Position numbers and translations under genes: made by a program
DNA from: an uncultured Chromatiaceae bacterium
Lineage (GTDB): Bacteria > Pseudomonadota > Gammaproteobacteria > Tenderiales > Tenderiaceae
Reading direction: 5' to 3'
DNA length: 64,000 nucleotides
Assembly: GCA_945787735.1 (NCBI GenBank)
Contig: CALZIQ010000003.1
Span: 9,513-73,512 of the forward strand
Part shown: piece after piece, positions 10,128 through 19,950 of the stretch
Position numbering within the stretch: position 1 is the stretch's first letter
Layout: each line of letters opens with the position of its first letter
The notes under the pieces: generated by a model
What the model was told of the DNA's origin: nothing
The model's input: only the letters and a program-made list of their open reading frames with translations
Databases searched by the model: none

Positions 10128-10601
10128 ATGGCAGAAGAAGCACAGAATCAGGCTCAGGGGCAGTTTTCAATTCAGAAAATCTACACCAAGGATATTTCTT
10201 TCGAGACCCCGAATTCCCCTGCTATTTTTGCACAGACAAAATGGGAGCCCGAGGTTAACGTGCAGCTCAACAGCCGAGCTTCAACGATGGAAAACGACAT
10301 GCACGAAATCGTGTTGACTGTCACTGTTACAGCAAAAGTAGCTGATGAAACAGCCTACCTGGTTGAAGTGCAGCAGGCGGGTGTTTTCCAAGTCGTCGGT
10401 TTTGAAGAGGCGCAAATGGGCCAACTGCTGGGTTCCTTCTGCCCAAATATCCTTTTCCCCTACGTGCGTGAAGCAATCTCTGATTTAGTTGCGCGTGGTG
10501 GTTTTCCTCAGATGCTGTTGCAGCCGGTCAACTTCGATGCTTTGTACGCCCAGCATGTACAACAGCAGCAAGGGCAAGGTCAGCAAGAAGCAACTCACTA
10601 A
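10128..10601 (+). CDS. secB: Protein-export chaperone SecB
   Basis: '[19 protein letters not shown]...[34 protein letters not shown]' is near-collinear with E. coli SecB. Start set at ATG 10128; the longer track ORF overlaps yibN. Confidence 0.92.
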   Translation: MAEEAQNQAQGQFSIQKIYTKDISFETPNSPAIFAQTKWEPEVNVQLNSRASTMENDMHEIVLTVTVTAKVADETAYLVEVQQAGVFQVVGFEEAQMGQLLGSFCPNILFPYVREAISDLVARGGFPQMLLQPVNFDALYAQHVQQQQGQGQQEATH

Positions 10602-10617
10602 ACACATCCTTCCGCTC

Positions 10618-11631
10618 ATGAGTGCTGTTCCTCAGGTCGCAACCGCGGTACTTGGCGCCGGTGCCTGGGGCACAGCGTTGGCTGCTTTGCTGGCGGGTAA
10701 TGGTCAGCCAGTCCGTCTGTGGGGGCGCAATGCCGCTCACCTGCAAGAGATGATGGACAGCCGTATTAACAGTTTTTACTTGCCCGGCATTGAGCTGCCA
10801 GAGTCACTACAGTACGAAGCGGATTTTGCAACGGCCGTCAGTACAAGCCGTGATCTACTTGTCGTTGTGCCAAGTCATGCCTTTCGCCAAACGTTGGAAG
10901 CGGCTCAGCAGTATGTTTCTCCCGAGACACGTTTGATCTGGGCCAGCAAGGGTTTTGAACCCAAAACAGGGCGATTGCTACATCAGATTGTTGAAGATGT
11001 GTTTGGCGTATCTCGCCCCATGGCGGTCATCACAGGCCCAACTTTTGCCCTGGAAGTCGCCAAGGGTTTGCCGACGGCGCTCACTGTTGCCTCGTCCGAT
11101 CAGGCGTTTGCAGCGGAAATTGCCGCCCGCCTGCATAACGACACCTTTCGAGCTTATACCTCAACGGACGTGGTCGGTGCTGAGGTGGGTGGCGCAGTAA
11201 AAAACATTCTTGCCATTGCTGCCGGCATTTCCGATGGCCTGGGCTTTGGTGCTAATGCCCGCGCCGCCCTAATAACCCGTGGTTTGACTGAAGTAATGCG
11301 TCTGGGTGAGGCCCTGGGTGGGCACAAGCAAAGCCTGATGGGCTTGGCGGGTCTGGGAGATCTGATACTGACTTGTACCGATGATCAGTCACGCAACCGT
11401 CGTTTCGGCTTGGCCCTTGGTCGAGGTGGTTCGATTGAGGCGGCACGGGCATCGATCAAACAGGTTGTTGAAGGCATTGATGCAACACGCGAGGCGCATC
11501 ATTTAGCCGAGTCGCTTGGTATTGACATGCCGATTACCGAGCAGGTTTATCAGGTCTTGTTTAAAGACTGCTCGCCGCACGATGCTGTGCATCATCTGCT
11601 CACTCGGCAGCAAAAGGCCGAGGCCGTTTAA
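10618..11631 (+). CDS. gpsA: NAD(P)H-dependent glycerol-3-phosphate dehydrogenase
   Basis: 'VLGAGAWGTALA' Rossmann motif, 'GAVKNILAIAAGISDGLGFGANA' and 'GLAGLGDLILTC'. Start at ATG 10618; the upstream extension overlaps secB. Confidence 0.92.
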   Translation: MSAVPQVATAVLGAGAWGTALAALLAGNGQPVRLWGRNAAHLQEMMDSRINSFYLPGIELPESLQYEADFATAVSTSRDLLVVVPSHAFRQTLEAAQQYVSPETRLIWASKGFEPKTGRLLHQIVEDVFGVSRPMAVITGPTFALEVAKGLPTALTVASSDQAFAAEIAARLHNDTFRAYTSTDVVGAEVGGAVKNILAIAAGISDGLGFGANARAALITRGLTEVMRLGEALGGHKQSLMGLAGLGDLILTCTDDQSRNRRFGLALGRGGSIEAARASIKQVVEGIDATREAHHLAESLGIDMPITEQVYQVLFKDCSPHDAVHHLLTRQQKAEAV

Positions 11632-11649
11632 CTTTTCATCTGTCTTGAC

Positions 11650-11679
11650 TTGAATCGTCAAGCAGCAAGTCCATACAAT
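11650..11679 (+). promoter_or_regulatory. Candidate sigma70 promoter for the murU-like operon
   Basis: TTGAAT (11650-11655), an 18-nt spacer, then TACAAT (11674-11679), 8 nt before the ATG region. Weak evidence only. Confidence 0.25.
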
Positions 11680-11686
11680 GGCTTGA

Positions 11687-12367
<681 letters not shown>

Positions 12368-12370
12368 GTC

Positions 12371-13810
12371 ATGGGGCAAGAGATTGAATCCAGTCACTTT
12401 CGGCAAAAGGATTTTCAGCGCTTTCAGTCGCGCCTGCGTGATGAAACGCGTTTGCTGGGCGAATGGTTCGATCAGGGTGCTTTCAGCGATTCAGATAAGG
12501 TCGGTGGCTTTGAACTTGAGGTCTGGCTGGTGGATGCGTCTGGTCAGCCCAAGGCAATTAATGAGGCTTATCTCAAACTGACCGAGGCTAATAAGCTGCC
12601 TGTGGTGGCGGAGCTGGCGCAGTTTAATGTCGAACTGAATAGTGAGCCGCGTGCTTTACATAGTGATGTGTTGAGTCGTATGCAGACCGAATTGGAAGAC
12701 ACCTGGCAGCAATGCTCTGTGCTGGCAAAGCAGCTTGATACCTCACTGATGATGATTGGCATCCTGCCCACGGTGCAGGAACAACAGCTTACCCTGCCCA
12801 ATATGTCCGACGTAAAACGTTTTCGTGCTTTAAACGAGCAGGTGTTGCGACTACGTGACGGCCGCCCGCTGATGCTCAACATTGAAGGCCAGGAGTCATT
12901 GCGGTTGAGTCATGGCGATGTGATGTTCGAATCTGCCGCCACCTCTTACCAGTTGCATCTGCAGGTCGGGTTGGAAAGCGCAGCGCGTGTCTACAATGCC
13001 GCGCATATTTTATCTGCGCCGATGGTGGCGATTTCAGCCAACTCACCATTTCTATTTGGCCGCAATCTCTGGGATGAAACACGCATCCCTCTGTTTGAAC
13101 AAGCTGTGGCATTGGAAGATGTAAGGGCAACTGATGGCAGGAAAATTAGCCGCGTTACCTTCGGTGCAGGCTATGTCGAGTCGTCTGTGTTTGAATGTTT
13201 TCAACGTAATTTGGATTTGTATCCGGTGCTCTTGCCCGCCACCACTGATGCACCACCTCAAGAACTGGCTCATCTGAGGCTGCATAACGGCACTATCTGG
13301 CGCTGGAACCGGCCGCTGATTGGTTTTGATGAAAAGGGTGAGCCGCATCTGCGCCTAGAGCATCGCGTTGTGCCATCTGGTCCGACGGTGATTGACGCCA
13401 TCGCTAATGCTGCGCTCTTCTTTGGTGCCATTGAGGTGATGGCAAACACCAAGATCCCGGCCGAGACACGCTTGGGTTTTGAGCGGGCCAAGGCGAATTT
13501 TTATGCCACGGCGAAGGATGGTCTACGTGCTGACCTTGTCTGGTTGGATGGCAAGAAGGCGTCAGTGTTAGAGTTGTTGCAGTATCAAATTTTACCCATG
13601 GCCAAGCAGGGTCTGGAGGCTCTGGATGTTGATAAGGCGGATATTGACCTTTTTCTTGGCGTTATTGAGGGGCGTATCAAACGACAATGTAATGGTGCGG
13701 TTTGGCAGCGTCGTTATGTTGCCCAGCATGCGGCCGACATGACGCAACTGACCCAGGCCTATCGCGAGCGTCAGCAGCAAGGGCTGCCCGTGCATGAATG
13801 GTCCGTCTGA
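12371..13810 (+). CDS. Glutamate-cysteine-ligase family 2 (GCS2) carboxylate-amine ligase-like protein
   Basis: 'GFELEVWLVD', 'FNVELNSEP', 'SYQLHLQV', 'ISANSPFLFG' and 'RWNRP...LEHRV' resemble GCS2/YbdK-type ligase motifs. It starts 4 nt after the murU stop. Confidence 0.7.
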   Translation: MGQEIESSHFRQKDFQRFQSRLRDETRLLGEWFDQGAFSDSDKVGGFELEVWLVDASGQPKAINEAYLKLTEANKLPVVAELAQFNVELNSEPRALHSDVLSRMQTELEDTWQQCSVLAKQLDTSLMMIGILPTVQEQQLTLPNMSDVKRFRALNEQVLRLRDGRPLMLNIEGQESLRLSHGDVMFESAATSYQLHLQVGLESAARVYNAAHILSAPMVAISANSPFLFGRNLWDETRIPLFEQAVALEDVRATDGRKISRVTFGAGYVESSVFECFQRNLDLYPVLLPATTDAPPQELAHLRLHNGTIWRWNRPLIGFDEKGEPHLRLEHRVVPSGPTVIDAIANAALFFGAIEVMANTKIPAETRLGFERAKANFYATAKDGLRADLVWLDGKKASVLELLQYQILPMAKQGLEALDVDKADIDLFLGVIEGRIKRQCNGAVWQRRYVAQHAADMTQLTQAYRERQQQGLPVHEWSV

Positions 13811-13813
13811 GAA

Positions 13814-14848
13814 ATGAGTATGCTAAGAATTGTAGAGACTCTGCCGCAGGGTTTTGTCGATGCCCAGCCAGAACAGCTTGAGGATCTGCTTGGCGGTCCG
13901 ACGTTGATTCATCTGCCGGGCCGGCGTCAACCGACCTTGTTTGTTTCTTTGATGCTGCACGGTAATGAACCTACTGGCTTGTATGCGGTGCAGCACTTGT
14001 TAAGAGATTATGCCGAGCGCGAATTGCCACGTGCTTTGTCGATTTTCATCGGCAATGTCAGTGCTGCCAGTCACAAGATGCGCCGGCTCGACGGTCAACC
14101 TGATTACAACCGCATCTGGGCTGTGCAGGGCGATCTGCCTGAACACAGCATGGTTGATCAGGTGGTGGCGCAGATGTCTGAACGCGGTGTCTTTGCCAGC
14201 ATCGATATCCATAACAATACCGGCATCAACCCCCACTATGCCTGTTTGAACAAACTGGAGACGCCCTTTATGCAACTGGCCTCACTGTTCAGTCGCACCG
14301 TGGTCTATTTTACTAAGCCAGCCGGGGTGCAGAGCATGGCCTTTGCCGAGCTTTGTCCGGCGGTGACGCTGGAGTGTGGTCAGCCTGGTCAGGAATATGG
14401 TGTAGAGCATGCTGCAGAGTTTCTCGAGGCTTGCCTTAACCTGAATGAGATTCCCGAACACCCTGTCGCACCGCATGACATCAGCGTGTTTCACACCATG
14501 GCCATTGTTAAAGTGCCAGAAGACGTTACTTTTGCTTTTGGTCTGCGCGATGTGCAATTGCAATTTATCGACGATATCGATCATTTTAATTTTAGTGAAA
14601 TGCCAGCCGGTACTTGTTTCGGATTGCAGCACGAAGAAACGGCGCGACTGGAGTGTCAGGATGAACATGGCAATGATGTCAGCGAACGTTATTTCAATTA
14701 TGCGGATGGCAAGATAACGCTGGCCATGAAAGTCATGCCGTCCATGTTGACCCGGGATGAGAAAGTCATCCGGCAAGACTGTTTCTGTTATCTGATGGAG
14801 CGTATGGAGTTGCCTGCCCATCTACAACATTCCGAATCGCAGGCATAA
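13814..14848 (+). CDS. Succinylglutamate desuccinylase/aspartoacylase (AstE/AspA, M14-like) family protein
   Basis: 'FVSLMLHGNEPTG' (HxxE zinc motif) and 'IDIHNNTG'. It starts 4 nt after the stop of the preceding gene. Confidence 0.75.
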   Translation: MSMLRIVETLPQGFVDAQPEQLEDLLGGPTLIHLPGRRQPTLFVSLMLHGNEPTGLYAVQHLLRDYAERELPRALSIFIGNVSAASHKMRRLDGQPDYNRIWAVQGDLPEHSMVDQVVAQMSERGVFASIDIHNNTGINPHYACLNKLETPFMQLASLFSRTVVYFTKPAGVQSMAFAELCPAVTLECGQPGQEYGVEHAAEFLEACLNLNEIPEHPVAPHDISVFHTMAIVKVPEDVTFAFGLRDVQLQFIDDIDHFNFSEMPAGTCFGLQHEETARLECQDEHGNDVSERYFNYADGKITLAMKVMPSMLTRDEKVIRQDCFCYLMERMELPAHLQHSESQA

Positions 14849-14876
14849 AAAAGCGCGCCCGAGGGCGCGCAAAAAT
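14847..14876. terminator. Shared hairpin terminator between convergent genes (T-run on the minus strand)
   Basis: GCGCGCC-cgag-GGCGCGC flanked by AAAAAA (5') and AAAAATTT (3'). On the minus strand the hairpin is followed by TTTTTT. Confidence 0.7.
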
Positions 14877-14903
14877 TTCGAGCCTTGAAAGGTTTCGAAA
14901 TTG

Positions 14904-15149
14904 TCAGTCAGCGCTTTGAGTAATCATGGAATAGAGGCGGTCTTTAAGCTGTAACCGTTCTTTTTTGAGGAATTCGACGTAGTCATCTGTGACTGGGCGA
15001 CTCTTGACTTCAATGCCATAGATCTTCTTGTCGGTTTCGTCGTAACGAGACAGAAGCGTGGCGAAGTGCGGGTCGCTTTTTTTCATTGTATTAATGGTGC
15101 CTGAAAGATCTGGAAACTCTTCAAGGATGTGATGACGAACTCCATACAT
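14904..15149 (-). CDS. DUF465 (YdcH-like) small protein
   Basis: 81 aa; 'HF..L...Y...D..I......' and 'LKKERL.LKD.L' follow the pattern typical of the YdcH/DUF465 family. Confidence 0.7.
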   Translation of the reverse strand: MYGVRHHILEEFPDLSGTINTMKKSDPHFATLLSRYDETDKKIYGIEVKSRPVTDDYVEFLKKERLQLKDRLYSMITQSAD

Positions 15150-15386
15150 AGGGTTTTCCTCCTAACGAATTGGGTGATCACCGTCGCCTTGCTGTCTTGG
15201 CCGAATCGGCCTTTTTTTGCGAGGCGAATTCCCAGGCTCTCACGATTTTCGCGCGCAAGTCAACACGCCTTTTCTTTTTGTATTTCTGGCTAACAAACTG
15301 ATTTTGCAGATAAAAATGTTTACTGCATAGGACGGGCCATGAAGCGGAAGTGATTGTATTTTCGCCGCTTTTTGGCGTGGAAAAAT

Positions 15387-16607
15387 TTATCGGGAAAGTT
15401 CGGCAGTTATTGCTTGGCAACGTAGCTGATGCAGCCTGTCGGCCAGATTTTGGCCTTTGAGACCAGTTTGCGCCAGGGCGGCTGCGTCAACGCTCAGGGC
15501 CGCCTGGCGGGCGCGACGGAAGATGTCGGCCTGTGGATAATTGTCTTTCTCAAAGCCGAGACGGCCGCGGCTATCGGCGGTGCAGGCGAGCAGGAATTCC
15601 TCAAACCGCTCCGGTCGGCGAAAGGTGTCCAGGGCCAACAGCGTGTCGAGCAGGGTGGCGGGGCGCAGCTCAGCAGCGCGGTGGCAATGGCTGTGGTACT
15701 GGGCCGCTAGCAGGGCCAGGTCACGGTAGTCATTGGGCACGCGCAGGCGCTGGCATAGTTGTCTCACCAAGGGGAGGGAGCGGGTCTCATGGCCGATGTG
15801 GCGTGGCCATTCTTCTTTGGGCGTGGCGGCTTTGCCCAGATCGTGCAGCAGGGCGGCGAAGCGCACGCGTGGCTCTTGGCTGATTTCACAGGCCTGGTCC
15901 AGCACCATCAGAGTGTGGATGCCGGTGTCGATCTCAGGGTGATAGTCGGCCCGTTGCGGCACACCGAACAAGGCCTCAATTTCGGCGAAGATTTTGGCTA
16001 GGGCGCCGCATTCGCGCAGGGCTTCGAAAAAGGCGCGTGGCCTTTTTTCGCTCAGGGCGCGCTGGGTTTCCTGCCAGACGCGTTCTGGTACCAGGGCGTC
16101 GACCTCGCCGTTGTCCACCATGTTGCGCATTAGTTCGACGGTCTCGCCGGCAATGCTGAAACCGAGTGGGGCAAAGCGGGCGTGAAAACGAGCTACGCGC
16201 AGGATGCGCACCGGGTCTTCGGCAAAGGCAGGTGAGACATGGCGTAGGATCTTATTGTCCAGGTCCTGGCGGCCGTTGAAGGGGTCGATGATATCGCCAT
16301 GCTCATCCATGGCAATGGCGTTGATGGTCAGGTCACGGCGGATTAGGTCATCTTCAAGACTGACATCGGCTTCAGTATGAAAAACAAAACCGGTATAGCC
16401 TGGACCAGTTTTGCGCTCGGTGCGGGCGAGGGCATACTCCTCGTGAGTTTCGGGGTGTAGAAAGACCGGGAAATCCTTGCCCACCTGGCGGTAACCCTGC
16501 CTGATCATTTCGTCAGGCGTAGTGCCTACCACCACCCAGTCGTGATCCTTGACCGGCAGCCCCAACAGTTTGTCTCTGACTGCGCCGCCGACCTGGTAGA
16601 TGTTCAT
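15387..16607 (-). CDS. cca: Multifunctional CCA-adding tRNA nucleotidyltransferase (with HD domain)
   Basis: 'MNIYQVGGAVRDKLLG', 'RRDLTINA' and the HD block 'LLHDLGK'; length about 406 aa. Confidence 0.92.
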   Translation of the reverse strand: MNIYQVGGAVRDKLLGLPVKDHDWVVVGTTPDEMIRQGYRQVGKDFPVFLHPETHEEYALARTERKTGPGYTGFVFHTEADVSLEDDLIRRDLTINAIAMDEHGDIIDPFNGRQDLDNKILRHVSPAFAEDPVRILRVARFHARFAPLGFSIAGETVELMRNMVDNGEVDALVPERVWQETQRALSEKRPRAFFEALRECGALAKIFAEIEALFGVPQRADYHPEIDTGIHTLMVLDQACEISQEPRVRFAALLHDLGKAATPKEEWPRHIGHETRSLPLVRQLCQRLRVPNDYRDLALLAAQYHSHCHRAAELRPATLLDTLLALDTFRRPERFEEFLLACTADSRGRLGFEKDNYPQADIFRRARQAALSVDAAALAQTGLKGQNLADRLHQLRCQAITAELSR

Positions 16608-16627
16608 GGGATGGGTGACGGCGGGGC

Positions 16628-17593
16628 CTAGGCTTGCTGGTTTTTGTCGCGCGCAGCCCGTTGGCGCATGTCGTCATAGCGGCCGCGGATGTCGGCCTGG
16701 CCAATGTATTTCGGCACGATAGTTTCAATCGCCTTCGGTGTTACCCCAAAGCGGCTCGGGAACGGGCCCTTGCAGACGGCAGGCGTTTGTAGACTCAGGT
16801 AGTTATCGTAGGTGAATGGTTTCAAGGGTAGCATGCCCATCGCCTTGCCCATGAAGGCGGACATGCCGCTGCCCATCGGTATGACAGCGCGTTTCAGGCC
16901 GGTGAGGCGGTTGGTGTAATCGACAATCTGCGCCAGGGTAAGGGTGTCGGGGCCGCACAGGTCGTAGGCTTGGCCGTAAGTGCCCTTGTCATTCAGCGCC
17001 TTGACGAAGATCTCGGCCACATCGCCAACATAGATCGGCGCCATGCGGCTCTCGGGGCACGTCAGCGGTAGCATGGGCAGGTTGCGCAGTAGGTTGGCGA
17101 ACTTATTGAAGAAGCGATCGTCTTCGCCAAAAATCACCGAGGGGCGGAAGACCGTGACATTTAGATCTTTGGCTGACAGCGCCAGCGCTTGGCCTTCACC
17201 CTTGCTGCGTAGGTATTCACTGCTGCCATTTTCGGCGTCGGCATTCAGCGCGCTCATGTGCAGCAGGCGGGTGACGCCGCTGCTGTGACAGGCATTGATA
17301 ATCTTTTCTACCAACTCCACATGGACACGCTTGAATTCGCCGCGCTTGTTTTCGTTCAGGATGGCAGTCAGGTTGATGACGGCATGACAGCCGACAAACA
17401 AGGCGTTGAGGCTGTCTTCATCGTGGATGTCAGCATTGACCACATCGACCTTCGGTAGCACCGCCACTGAGCGGTGACGCTCACGGTTTCTCGAAGGCAC
17501 CACCACGTAGTAGCCGGCCCGGGTCAGTTGTGAGGCAAGCTGATGACCGACAAAGCCGGTCCCGCCCAGGATACAGATGGTTTTCGAAGACAT
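16628..17593 (-). CDS. NAD(P)-binding SDR, NDUFA9-like/complex-I-associated epimerase family
   Basis: 'ILGGTGFVGHQL' Rossmann motif and 'Y..SK' ('YLRSKGEG'); about 320 aa. Confidence 0.8.
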   Translation of the reverse strand: MSSKTICILGGTGFVGHQLASQLTRAGYYVVVPSRNRERHRSVAVLPKVDVVNADIHDEDSLNALFVGCHAVINLTAILNENKRGEFKRVHVELVEKIINACHSSGVTRLLHMSALNADAENGSSEYLRSKGEGQALALSAKDLNVTVFRPSVIFGEDDRFFNKFANLLRNLPMLPLTCPESRMAPIYVGDVAEIFVKALNDKGTYGQAYDLCGPDTLTLAQIVDYTNRLTGLKRAVIPMGSGMSAFMGKAMGMLPLKPFTYDNYLSLQTPAVCKGPFPSRFGVTPKAIETIVPKYIGQADIRGRYDDMRQRAARDKNQQA

Positions 17594-17686
17594 GCGGAAT
17601 CCCTGTTCAAATATGAAAGTGGCGCAAATTCTCCCGTTTTTCGTAGGGGTTGGTCAAGTTTTTAGGCAAAGGAACCTCTGATTAAG

Positions 17687-17828
17687 TCATGAACCAGAAT
17701 CTTGAGCCCCAAATGCCCAATTTCTTCGGTGCAAATCTTCGCAATAGCGGGCTATTACGTGCGATTTGCGCCTCGAATTTGAACATTTTGAATCTCAATC
17801 TTACTCCCCAGGCTTAATCATAGGCTCC
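17687..17828 (+). repeat. Copy 1 of a ~143-bp imperfectly palindromic intergenic repeat
   Basis: Aligns by eye at about 80% identity with 63188-63331. It includes an identical 23-mer GAATTTGAACATTTTGAATCTCA (17775-17797 and 63277-63299) and an identical end AATCATAGGCTCC. Confidence 0.85.
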
Positions 17829-17868
17829 TGCGCTATACTCAAAACCAGCTTTCATGGAGGAATTTCAC

Positions 17869-19233
17869 ATGCCGTTTGTCTCGCTTAATCCCGCCACGGA
17901 TGAATTGATCAAGGAATATCCCAACTGGAACGATGAACAGTTGGAAGAGGCGCTGGTGCAGGTAGCCATCGCCACCCCTGCTTGGGCCAATACCCCGCTG
18001 AATGAGCGTTGCGAGCATATGCGCCGTCTGGGGCAAGAGGTGCTCAAACATCGCGATGAGCTGGCACAAACCATCAGCCTGGAGATGGGCAAGCTTATCG
18101 GCGAGGCCCGCGCCGAGGTGGAAAAATGCGCCGTGGTGTGTGACTACTACGCCGACAACGGCCCTGCCTTTCTAGCCGACGAGGTGATCGAATCCGATGC
18201 CGGCAGAAGCTTTGTCGCCCACCTGCCTATAGGCACGGTGTTGGCGGTGATGCCGTGGAATTTTCCTATTTGGCAGGTATTCCGCTTTCTTGCCCCGGCC
18301 CTGGTGGCGGGCAATACCGGCGTGCTCAAACACGCCTCCAATGTGCCCCAGTGTGCCCTGGCGATTGAACAGCTTGTCCAAAGTGCCGGCCTGCCCCAAG
18401 GTGTGTTTCGCAGCCTGATGATCTCCGCCGGGCAGGTGGCCGGGGTGATCGAGGATTCACGCATCCATGCCGTTACTCTCACCGGCTCCGAACCGGCCGG
18501 GCGGCAAGTCGCCGCCACTGCCGGTGCCAATCTAAAAAAGACGGTGCTCGAGCTGGGTGGTTCCGATCCCTTTATTGTGCTGGAAGATGCGGATCTCGAT
18601 TGGGCCGCGCAGCAGGGGGTGGCATCACGCTTTTTGAATGCCGGTCAGAGCTGTATTGCGGCCAAGCGTTTTATCGTGGTTGAAAGTGTTGCGGATGCCT
18701 TTGTCTCCAAATTCAAAGCAGTGGTTGAAGCGCTGAAACCGGGCAATCCGTTGGATGCCGAGGCCACGCTCGGCCCCATGGCGCGAGTCGATCTGCGTGA
18801 CGAATTGCATCATCAGGTGCTGGCGAGTCTCGATAAAGGCGCCATTGCCGTCACTGGCTGTGCGCCTATCGAGGGTCCGGGCGCCTACTACCAAGCTTCG
18901 ATTTTGGATGGCGTAAAGCCCGGCATGTCGGGCTGGGATGAAGAATTTTTCGGCCCGGTCGCGATTGTCATCCGCGCCAAAGATGAAAAGGAAGCGGTCA
19001 GGATCGCCAATGGTTCAGACTTCGGCCTGGGTGGCAGTGTTTGGACGCAGGATGCTAAGCGCGGTGAACGGATTGCGCGTCAAGTACAGTCCGGTGCCGT
19101 GTTCGTCAATGGCATGGTCAAGAGTGACCCGCGTCTGCCCTTTGGCGGGGTCAAAAATTCAGGTTATGGTCGCGAACTGTCTCGTCACGGTATGTTGGAG
19201 TTTGTGAATCAGAAGACCATTTGGGTTAAGTAG
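17869..19233 (+). CDS. sad: NAD(P)+-dependent succinate-semialdehyde dehydrogenase-like aldehyde dehydrogenase (Sad/YneI type)
   Basis: Collinear with E. coli YneI by eye ('MPWNFP.WQV', 'LKHA.NV', 'ELGGSDPFIVL', 'FGGVK.SG.GRELS'). ATG 17869 is preceded by GGAGG at an 8-nt spacing. Confidence 0.85.
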   Translation: MPFVSLNPATDELIKEYPNWNDEQLEEALVQVAIATPAWANTPLNERCEHMRRLGQEVLKHRDELAQTISLEMGKLIGEARAEVEKCAVVCDYYADNGPAFLADEVIESDAGRSFVAHLPIGTVLAVMPWNFPIWQVFRFLAPALVAGNTGVLKHASNVPQCALAIEQLVQSAGLPQGVFRSLMISAGQVAGVIEDSRIHAVTLTGSEPAGRQVAATAGANLKKTVLELGGSDPFIVLEDADLDWAAQQGVASRFLNAGQSCIAAKRFIVVESVADAFVSKFKAVVEALKPGNPLDAEATLGPMARVDLRDELHHQVLASLDKGAIAVTGCAPIEGPGAYYQASILDGVKPGMSGWDEEFFGPVAIVIRAKDEKEAVRIANGSDFGLGGSVWTQDAKRGERIARQVQSGAVFVNGMVKSDPRLPFGGVKNSGYGRELSRHGMLEFVNQKTIWVK

Positions 19234-19916
19234 CCATTGTTTGCTTGTCTGTGAGTGAAATATCGGCAAAGACAAAACCATCGCGTTCAAGCACCTCGCC
19301 CACGCTGATGTTGATGGGCTGATGGAGCATAGGGCCGTCAAAGACAAAACTATGAAACTCGCCGTTTTCGCCGCAAGGGTCGACGGTATCGGGCAGTCCA
19401 TCGAGAAAGGCATGGTCAAATTCACGCCCGGCAAATTCGGGCGAGAGCTGTTTCGGGTCAATGCAGGTGATAATCGTCCTCAAACCGCTGTCGATCATCT
19501 GGCGTGAATCTCATGGGTGGCAATGCCCCAGAGCGGAAAGAACGGCGTGATGCCCGTGCCCTGCAGCTTTGCTTCGCGGTAGTTGCGAACATCTTCAAGA
19601 AACAAATCACCAAAGGTAAAGCAGTCAACTTCAAGTTTTTTGCTTCATCAATGAAACGCAGCATGACCTGTTCATACTCACCGTTGTTGCAGGGGTAGGG
19701 AGTAGGGATGATAAACAGCGGCAAGCCGGCGCGTTGAGCCTATAGTTTAACCAGCTCGATCTTCACTGCGTGCATGGCGACGCGGTCAAAGGTCTGATTG
19801 ATGGTGCAAAAAAGGCCAATGACGTCAATGTCCGGCTGATGCCCTAAAACATGCAGGGTCCAGGCGCTGTCATTGCCGCTGCTCCACGAGAGCAGGGTTT
19901 TGTGTTTTATGTGCAT
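19226..19916 (-). pseudogene. Decayed PP-loop ATP pyrophosphatase gene (DUF71/Dph6-related adenine-nucleotide alpha-hydrolase)
   Basis: The pieces read 'MHIKHKTLLSWSSGNDSAW...RVAMHAVKIELVKL', then an in-frame TAG (19742-19740), then 'AQRAGLPLFIIPTPYPCNNGEYEQVM...'. 'VDCFTFGDLFLEDVRNYREAKLQGTGITPFFPLWG' follows in another frame, and 'QMIDSGLRTIITCIDP...VDPCGENGEFHSFVFDGP' in a third. Confidence 0.8.
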
Positions 19917-19950
19917 TTGTTTTTTTTCTAAGCGGGGTAGTAAGGCTTGT

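Noticed and set aside
10489-10617. N-terminal extensions proposed by the ORF track (gpsA from 10489, secB from 10071, hisD from 39789, hisB from 42398, rpe from 59054, actA from 49963)
   Set aside because: The extensions overlap the preceding gene or a divergent gene. They have implausible Cys/Arg-rich sequence and precede internal ATGs that align with the N-termini of known homologues.
14282-14821. 179-aa minus-strand ORF
   Set aside because: It is antisense to the AstE/AspA-like gene and shows no recognisable motifs.
15178-15420. 80-aa very basic ORF in the cca / ydcH-like spacer
   Set aside because: It overlaps the 3' end of cca, has no RBS and has Lys/Arg-rich low-complexity sequence. 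It is most likely non-coding spacer.
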